A DNA stretch of 61,579 bases, the filler included, from Catajapyx aquilonaris (lineage: Eukaryota): NCBI GenBank assembly GCA_000934665.2. It is 3 parts of 3 records of this genome, joined end to end, with 100 filler letters (N's around TTAATTAATTAA, not from the genome) between each part and the next. Parts side by side here need not be neighbours in the genome. Positions count along the whole stretch, not along the records: positions 41,130 to 61,579 come from JYFJ02006258.1; 2 more parts are not named here. One strand, given 5' to 3'. Every line of letters starts with the position of its first letter. Within the stretch, counting starts at the first letter, position 1. Made by a program: the position numbers and the translations under genes. The notes under the pieces are model-generated. The model made no database searches and was not told the origin of the DNA. It saw only the letters and a program-made list of their open reading frames with translations. This document shows, piece by piece, positions 43,969 through 61,579 of the stretch.

Positions 43969-46555
43969 TTTTTCCGTGATTATTTTCACCAAGATCAGCG
44001 ATGATGTAAAATGATTTCGGCTCACTTGATTCGGAAAGACACCTAGTAAACCGGTCCAAATTTAAAACGATATATCTCAAAAACTAGAGCTGGTGGAGAA
44101 AAACGAATGGCAGTTTTGGAATCAGCGCCATAGATATACCTTACTCCAACTTCCAAGGCACCAAAAAAAAAAAAGAAAAAGAAAAGTTCAATTTTGTTGC
44201 CCTGTGTTATTGTTAGTCACATTACCATGGAAACATGGCTTCATTGTTACCATGGTATCAGCAATGATTGTTTTTGATAACATTACCATGGTAACAGGTC
44301 TTGCAGGCTAGTCATAAAACTAAAGCAAGTATGGCCAGGTAAACTAGACAGTAGGCCTCCTTTTCGGATAAACTATTGTTTATCCGCACCATAACAACAC
44401 GGTCGGTGTTAGGTGGGCGGGGGGCCTCCCGACGGTTGGCAACGTTGCGTCGCAAACAATCGGGTGCCTATTGATACTGCTGCATGATTACAGGGAACTG
44501 TGCTTTACGCTTCTTGTCGGGCATTCGGGGATTCAATTCAGGATTTTGAGGTGATTAAGTGGATGGAATAGCCCTTTGTCTTGGTGTTGCTGTATGGCTT
44601 TTTGTTACCGCAACAGTACTGTACATTGTTGTGGCCCTGCCAGGCACGGTACGTCGCCCGTGCGTGATATTTTTAGTTTTTGCGGAGCGGTAGCGGAGCT
44701 GGGCGCTTATTGTGGGTTTCTGTATCCGCAACATTTACTGTCCGTCTTGTGGCGCCGAAGGCCAACGAATGTTATTGTGGATTTGCCAAGCACGAAGTAC
44801 ACCTTCACACAGTCTGTTAAACCAACGAACTACATGACGCCAAGTTCCGCCCGCCACCACCCGGCTCCCCCCTCCAATCATGCCCACGACTCACTCTGGA
44901 GGCATTCTACTGCACACGCTCAGAAAACACGGATGGTGTGACATCATATCGTTCTTTGGGTTAACGGACTGCAGCAACCATCATGGCTTTCATATTTCCC
45001 ACCTCCTTCATTAATATACTGTGGTCCTAGCACTCGTCTGAACGGTTCGCGTGGCAGGGGTAAGAAGACGCCCTTTGTTATGCTCTCCCGGCAACAGGTT
45101 GTTTGAGACGCGTAGCCAACATAAATAATAGATATAATAGATATAATAGATATAATAGATAAATGATAGACTTTCCTCCTTTTCCATTTCCTGAATGAAT
45201 CTATGGATACTTTCTGGAACAGTCCTCCGTTCTGTTACAGTCCACCTCGCGCTTTACAAATTTCCATGGAGATGCCGGTCTGAGATGCCATTACGCATTA
45301 AAAGGAGTAAACAGTGTCAACAATAAAACAATTCCAGAAGTACATCTTCAGATGTCTGTTGCTGTGTGATAGCATCTTCATAAAATAACAGAAGGGCCAT
45401 TTCCTCCTCGAGGGATTTTTCTGGGATGGCCCTATCCCAGAAAAATCCCTCGAGGAGGAAATGGATAAGTACCAACTAGACTCTAGCATTCTTAGCTAAG
45501 ATCATGCTTTCTAGTATAGTCATCCTAGCCATCGTCCCTTGCCACCGGCTAATACGTGCCACACTTCGCCCTTTTTTCATGTTTTGAAGAGTTCTCTGAG
45601 CCATCGCCGGTAGCCTGCCACATTCGAATACCAAATTCAGTCCTTATCCCCCACCTTACTGGAAACACATCCAGCTTTTTCTCGTTGGTATTACGTAATC
45701 AACAGTACCCATCTATCATCGAGTTACTAATTACCTGTCTCCACTTTTGGGCGCCAACTTCACTGATAATGACGGCCTGCGGATTCGAACAAGTAAAACA
45801 CACGCAATGAAACCCAAAACAGCAGCAGCTTACACCGACAAGAACACCACATTCACCGCCCGTGTCTGTCGATGGAAACAAGCGCTGTTGCCACAGTTAC
45901 ATAAACAAGCCCTCAAATTTCAAGGCATGCGTAACATCCGTTTCTTATATGTAACATGCCTCTTTGTAACACTCTTTTTTCAATTAGTGTCAAAAAATAT
46001 AAGCAAATTTAACAAATGCTCTAAAGCATAATTATTTTAAATAGGGCGAACCTCCACGTTGGGGGAAAAGGAGTAATAACTGCGGCAACTCAGCCCGGAA
46101 ATGTTCCATATACAGAGTTCCTACGAGTCCCTCCAGATGGCAGGAGAAATGGGAACGTAATCAGCCGTAATCAGCTGAATCATCGTTGCGCGCGAGATAC
46201 AAAGGCTGTGGAAAGCGTGAAAGCCTAGATAAAAATGCTACAGCCATATAGGATACCACATCACTTCTAACTTCGGACAATGGTCTTCAATCATATGTTT
46301 GCCAGACAATACTTGGGCTTTATGCTAACTTTGGTGGAACTGTGAACAATATTATTGCAAAATGAGACCATTATTATTGTTAAGAAGACCTAACAAATTA
46401 TGTCAGAAACATACTTAACTGACAGGTTCAAGTTGAGGCAGTTAAGTCACATGTGGGCTGAAGAGAATAAGCAATAGAATACTTTTTGCAAATATAACGA
46501 TGGTGTGAATAACTTATATTATTTATTTTATTTTCAAGCCATAGAATCTGTAAAC

Positions 46556-46783
46556 CAGTGCAGTGGTTTCCAATGCTAAGCACGGTGTAGCTCCCTGCAC
46601 CGTTTGCTGCCCCCTTTCCAGAAAACAAACACTCCGTATGGCCGCAAAATGGTTCAATTACAGAGATTGCAAAAAACACACACACACACACACAAAACCG
46701 AAAAAAGGAAAGAAAGAAAAAAAAGTTGAACCAAGGCTCGCCCCCCCCNACCCTGCCCACAACACCCTGGTTGGAAACCACTG
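46556..46783. mobile_element. hAT-type MITE
   Basis: CAGTGGTTTCCAA...TTGGAAACCACTG flanked by CTGTAAAC and CTCTAAAC. Confidence 0.65.
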
Positions 46784-47909
46784 CTCTAAACTAAAGAGCA
46801 CTTGTGAAAACTATACGGAGTCTACATGGGATACAGACAATTCCTCGACACAATGGTAGGGGGAGGACGAGTCTCTGCACAATTTTAAAGCTTCAGGTTG
46901 ACTGCACTTTTTTTTGGGTGGGGAGAGAGAATAAAATTATTGGATAAGATGGATCTATAAAGTGGGTGGAAGAAAACAGTTTGAATGGACTACGGCACTA
47001 CGCTGTATGGCTGCAATGTAGGAATTTGCTGAAACTAACTCTGTAAGTCAGGAGAGTTAAATGTAATTATCATGGGGCTATGGAATGTGTGTGGTAATTC
47101 ATAATAGTGTATAATACCAATCACCACGTCAATGGCATAGCATTGTATTCTGATATTCTCCTCTTTAATGTGTGCACATGACTGATATAATAATGGACCG
47201 AAGAGCTATCAATATTGATATTAGAATGTTTACCTGATTAATATATTGTAGCACAGCCATTATTACCCCAAATTTCTTCATGGGCCCCCTCAAATAGGCC
47301 TCCTGAACCCTGGATTTCTGCAGAACATGGCTGGAGACTGCTGGCCTAGGAGGTGTCCTGTGGCATCACAGCATGAAAAAATAGGACCTTGACAGGTGGC
47401 AAGTCTTAATCTATATATTCTAAGAGTATAATATTATATGTATTATAAAAAGCCATATGGTTTCTCTGTTCATTGTCCGTTTCTCCACCCTCTTAACAAG
47501 ATGGGTGGCTGAAATAATTTTGCACACCCTTCACATGGGTGGGTTCTACTGCACAGTCTACTGTAGTTGTGCCCAAAATTATAATAACCAACAAAGATGT
47601 TGGCACAGGGGATAGGTGGGGGAAGAACATGTTCTTATGCTGATGTAAGTGCAAATAGCTCAGTGAATCACGTGCCTCAAGCCATTCCCTAACCATTCTA
47701 CACACATTGTCAATGAAACTGTGCTTATCCCAAGTAGTGCTGGTTTTGAGTCATAGAGTGCATGTGTTACCAACTGCACTAACTGTACCCTGGTAGCATA
47801 ATTATGTATTTCTCTTTCCATCACTGTAGAATGCAAGCAGGGAGAGGAGGGGAAGAAAGAAGGTTGGTCCAAATAACAAAACCTGTGACTGGAGTTGTAT
47901 CAGCATAAC

Positions 47910-48163
47910 GTCGGCCGGGGATCAAAACCTCGTAACTCCTCAAGACCAAATTTTACAGGAGGGACAAAAAACATTTTGTAAAATCATGTTTTCTGTTCAT
48001 GCTGACAATTATTCCTACAGTATAGCATAACGTAAACCTTACCTTTCATGAGGATGATGTTGAATTCATGTACACCGTTGCAAAGTTGTGCAAAGGGACT
48101 TACGAGGTACGTAAGTCCATTTTCGCGCAAAATGGAGTTACGAGGTTTTGATCCCCGGCCGAC
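47910..48163. mobile_element. MITE with perfect 30-bp TIR
   Basis: GTCGGCCGGGGATCAAAACCTCGTAACTCC and its exact reverse complement. Confidence 0.8.
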
Positions 48164-49235
48164 AATAAACATGGCTCAATATTTTGGGTTTTCAAGGTGA
48201 GTGTATTCAATTCAATATCAGAATCAAGGTGGCATTATTTTTTAGTCTGACCAATGCAATGCCTTAATACATCTCGAGGCATGCTGATCCTTAAATTCGT
48301 ATCCCATGCTTTTGCAACATTTAAAATGTAAAGTGCATGTTTAACTGATTTGCACGGTACATTAGTTTTCAAGATATAATCGATTTTATTATCCATTGTT
48401 GCCCATTGTTGTTGCAGGTGATGTCAGCGAGGGCAGAGATATTAAATGAGGCAGGGACACTTCCCGCCTCTCCACCTGTCATGCACGAGCTGCTTTGTTC
48501 CTTCTCAGGGCGAGGTGCTGGTGCGTGCCTGCTACAGGTTGCCCCGGGGTGGACCTGCCTCACTTATGACCCCAGGTAGAGGATGGCAGGAGTGGGAATG
48601 CGCCTGTCAGGCCACGCTCCATTTTTCCCCACCAATTTGAGAGTGAAGACTTTTGAACCAGCAACAATTTATCGAGGAGAGACATTTTGATGCTGAAAAG
48701 TGGTGGAATGCTTGTTTACATTGTCAGGAACATTGTTCCTGCCATTTTTCCCCAACCTCATCCTGCCTTTTGACACATGCCTGCTAGCCCTCCCTACTCT
48801 CTTCCCCCTTGTCTCCTGACGTCATTGTGTGGGGGGGAGTGATGTTACATAAGCATGGGGCTCCAGTCCGCAAGCTCTCTTTTTTTGAATTCATCAATTG
48901 AAGCATTAATACATGAGGTTTTTACTCTCCAGTCTGGGGTCCTTATTTCACTGAACCAGTCAGGGTGTGACCCGAGGTCAGGGGTCACACAACATATGTG
49001 GTTGAGCTACAGTATTTGTGTACAATTTTCCAAATCCCAGACCGAAGCTAGGACCTCAATGAGGAAGAAAAACTTGCCTAAAAATCCTATACATCCACAT
49101 GTGCCTTGAAGGATACATGTGAGTATTCTAGCCTCAAGTATGTCCTGACAGAGACAGGCTTCCTGCCAGTAACTTACAACCTTGAAAATAACTCCAGTTT
49201 TGATTCAAAGCTAAATAGGTGCATGCAGGATAAAG

Positions 49236-49444
49236 GCCGGTATCCACGTACGAGATTCTCACATACGAGGAGCCAACTGCGCATGCCCGGATACGAGGAA
49301 AGAGGAAAAAGTTGAAAATTTTCAACTTTAATCCCCTGTTCGAGGGACAAGAGGGGCCCTGAGGCGACAAAGAGTCCGTCTCGACGTACAAGTTTTCTCG
49401 CATAAGAGGACTCGCATACGAAGAACTCGCACGTCGATACCGGC
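49236..49444. mobile_element. MITE (Harbinger-like)
   Basis: GCCGGTATC.ACGT.CGAG...CTCGCACGTCGATACCGGC imperfect TIR. Confidence 0.6.
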
Positions 49445-50240
49445 TTTGAGGCAGACAAATGATAGCCCTGGGTCACTTAGATGATTCACATTGGCAGCTC
49501 TTTTATTGCAAATAAAATAAATGAAAAGTATACATTCCCAACTCAGTAATGAGAGTCGCTGATTTCTCTTAAATTAGCAGCGACTTCTTAAAAATTGTGA
49601 AAATGAAACAATAAATTGGCCTACATATTATCATTCTTTGTGGTAAGGCCTTTTATACACAACATTTACCATAACCTTTGACATATATCATTAATATGAC
49701 TAAATTTCAAGCATTACTCTTTAAAAATTCCATATTAACAAATTAAGATCATCACTGTCATCTTTAGTGCAATCATACCCCCAAACAGAAAAACAGTGTG
49801 ATGATTTTTCAACATTTCTTATTTGATAATAAGTTATATCTACGCAAAAAATTATCCAAAATCACATGAATTAAGTCTTCCACATTAATATTCCATAAGT
49901 ACTTGCCCTGGATACATGCACTGGTCAGAAAGCACTTAAGGCCCATGAAGTGGAACATCATGATTTATCCAGAATACTTTTCTATGTGACCGTTCCTCAA
50001 TATTTCAAATAAACTTGTTTATGGAATGTATTACTGTTTTCTTTCCCAGTCAAATCAAACTACGCAAGTGCACATCATGATAGGTCAAAGGCTATGCTAC
50101 TATATCAACACACAAGGTATCACCATAGAAAGCAAAAATATATCACTCTTGGTGGGTAGGCTACAATGCATACTCATAACTCCCTTCAAAAAGGAGCAGT
50201 CTTAAAACCACAGCCATTTTCTATCTGAATGATACAAACT

Positions 50241-59279
<9,039 letters not shown>

Positions 59280-59872
59280 CTATGAGTAGAGCAATTTTAT
59301 TAGGAATTACTTAATCAGCTGTACACATCTTTTACTCATGCATTTTTGTGTAACACAAGAATTGAGGGGAACACTGGCACGTAAAAGTGTTCATGAAATA
59401 CCCTAGTTGCAAAATGGAATAATCTCCTCCTGCTATTACGAAGCATGTTTCAGATTTCATATCAGGGAGAGTCTACTAGCAAGGAACGAGTGAATGTAAC
59501 ATAATGCAGTTCTGCAACATGAGAATACAATATGAAAGGAACGCTACTTAGGGTCGGGGAGCACTGAACTCACAAGGGGGGGATATGAAGTGGGCTCTGT
59601 CAGATTTGCATGAAACTTGCACTGTAGGTGTATCACAGGCCTACAATTTCACTGGTATGGGCCATTTTCTGCTACGGCCAGCCATTTTAGATCTATGAGG
59701 AACAACAGAGCCGCATGGGTGCATTCAGGAGAGTAAGGTAAGGGGACGGGAAGCGCTAGGAAAGCTGGCTGTCAGTAAAACAAATCTGGCCTGATTGTGC
59801 TTGTTATTGTTGACAAAAACTAACCAACAATGAACAAGAAGTGAAATTCGTTCAGATTTGTTTTACTGACAA

Positions 59873-61010
59873 GGGAAGGTCACGGGGTGATAATAACGGA
59901 TCTTGATGAAATTGATCATGCTAATACAGGACAATATATGATACCCAAAAATTAAATATTTCGTTCGGAACCCCATATTTGCGAATGATGTCTTAAAGTT
60001 CCAAAGATAATACATTTTCATACTCCATGGGATTACATTAGCGACCACATATAATGACATTGAAGCGTGTAATCAGTTTCTAGACCTTCTCTCATTCTTT
60101 CAGGGAGCATGTGAATCGATATATCGTAACCTAGGCAACATATCGATTCCCGTATCGGCTTCGGCGATAACATCATGGCGGCCGATGACGCTCATTGCAA
60201 ACATGTTCAACGTCAGGAATAAATTCCACAGCCATGGGCGTAGCCAGGGGGGGCAGCTGCCCCCCCCCNCCCCCCGCTAAATCTCAGGGAAGTGCAGAAA
60301 ATGTCAAATGACTGAAGGTTTTGACAGATTTTTCTGAGCCTTCGGGGTCAAACGAAAGTAATCTAAAACAATTGTTGTTGAGACAGTTCCTTCCGAATCT
60401 TGCTAGGCAGTCAGACGGAGGATGAGGACAGGTCCCCCCCCCCAACCTAAATCCTGGCTATGCCCATGTCCACATCCCCTGTGCCAGAGAGTCAAGTAAA
60501 ACCCGGAGTAAATCCCCGAAAAACACGGTCAGGAATACACGGAAACTAACTTCAAAATCCAACGATAACCCGCCCGTAAAGTAGACTTGTGCGGATAGAG
60601 TGAACCCGGAAGACCGGAAGTGGCGGGTCACCAGAAGTTGACTATGAAAACTATTTTGGTCACGCTCAATCCGAATATGAAAACTGTTTGTCGCTATCTC
60701 TTACGGTTTAGGCCTTGATACCTGTCCACAGACGGACGGACGGCCAGAGCCGTTCTGTATGACTTTTTTCCGATCAGAAAAGGTCTAGAAACTGATTACG
60801 CATTTCAATGTCATTATATATGTGGTCGGCTGGTCGCTAATGTAATCCCATGGAGTATGAAAATGTATTATTTTTGGAACTTTAAGACGTCATAACTTTT
60901 GCAAATATGGGGTTCTGCACGAAATATTTCATTTTTGGGTATCATATATTGTCCTGTATTAGCATGATCAATTTCATCAAGATCCGTCATTATCACCCCG
61001 TGACCTTCCC
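59873..61010. mobile_element. Long-TIR (~175 bp) non-autonomous DNA transposon with a nested hAT MITE (60233-60468)
   Basis: GGGAAGGTCACGGGGTGATAAT...ATTATCACCCCGTGACCTTCCC. The nested CATGGGCGTAGCCAGG...CCTGGCTATGCCCATG has TSD TCCACAGC / TCCACATC. Confidence 0.8.
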
Positions 61011-61579
61011 TTATGAGTTTGATGCTCCCTGCCTTAAATTGACACCTCCGGTTAGGAGGAACATAAGAATGTAATGGATTACTTGCTATACTTATGCATG
61101 CATATTTCCATGGTAGATCCTGATGCACCTGTAGTCACACTTGCAACTAGAGCATGTGAGAGAATTAGAGAATATGCAACTAGAAAGCTATCACATTCTC
61201 CTTCTCCCTCCAGAAACGTAAACTTAGGCAGCATATCACTCTGTAAAAGACCCTCTCATTGTAACTTAGGTTCTGTGACCTCATGCCTGTATGAGCTTCA
61301 ACCTGACGCATTTTCAACACTTCTTAGGGTTTGACAGTAGCTGGCCACCAAAGTGAAAATGAATATGAGTACACACATTTTTTTGGGAATTAGAAGTGTA
61401 CTGGATACCTGTCTGAATTTTTTCTTACATTAATGCAAGGACATCCAATTAAATGAAATTCTACTAATTATCATTTAAATTTGGTTCCATGGTTACGCCT
61501 GGGACCTGCTGCGAGTGCCTGACCTTCGCTCCAGTTATTTTCCTTTTTGGTCGAGAAGAGATGATCGGGAGAACCGCAA

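Noticed and set aside
61470..61579. Minus-strand CGSPDHL zinc-knuckle-like fragment or an upstream ABCC10 exon
   Set aside because: Too short, cut by the window edge, and contains no ABC motif.

Overview
Eukaryotic genomic DNA, probably from an invertebrate or arthropod (inferred from gene and repeat content; species not identifiable). It appears to be three contigs joined by artificial 100-nt spacers (44N-TTAATTAATTAA-44N at 20479-20578 and 41030-41129). Contig 1 is repeat-dense and holds the last four coding exons of a HAPSTR1/C16orf72 orthologue (one GC-AG intron), tRNA-derived SINEs, nested MITEs and a frameshifted Tc1 element with 263-bp TIRs. Contig 2 holds a decayed protein-kinase exon, three intact tandem GH47 class I alpha-1,2-mannosidase genes and about 8 kb of repeat-poor non-coding DNA. 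Contig 3 holds the first coding exon of an SRSF4/5/6 (B52)-type SR gene and the 3' half of an ABCC10/MRP7-like transporter on the minus strand, with MITE-filled introns. The most notable signal is in the mannosidase array. Copy 2 is an open reading frame whose conserved catalytic Glu is replaced by Lys (SVFETNIR to SVSKTNAR). All three copies have non-canonical residues at the known specificity position, and copies 1 and 2 share an apparent gene-conversion tract and a retainable in-frame GC-AG intron. All family calls come from motif recognition by eye, with no database search.
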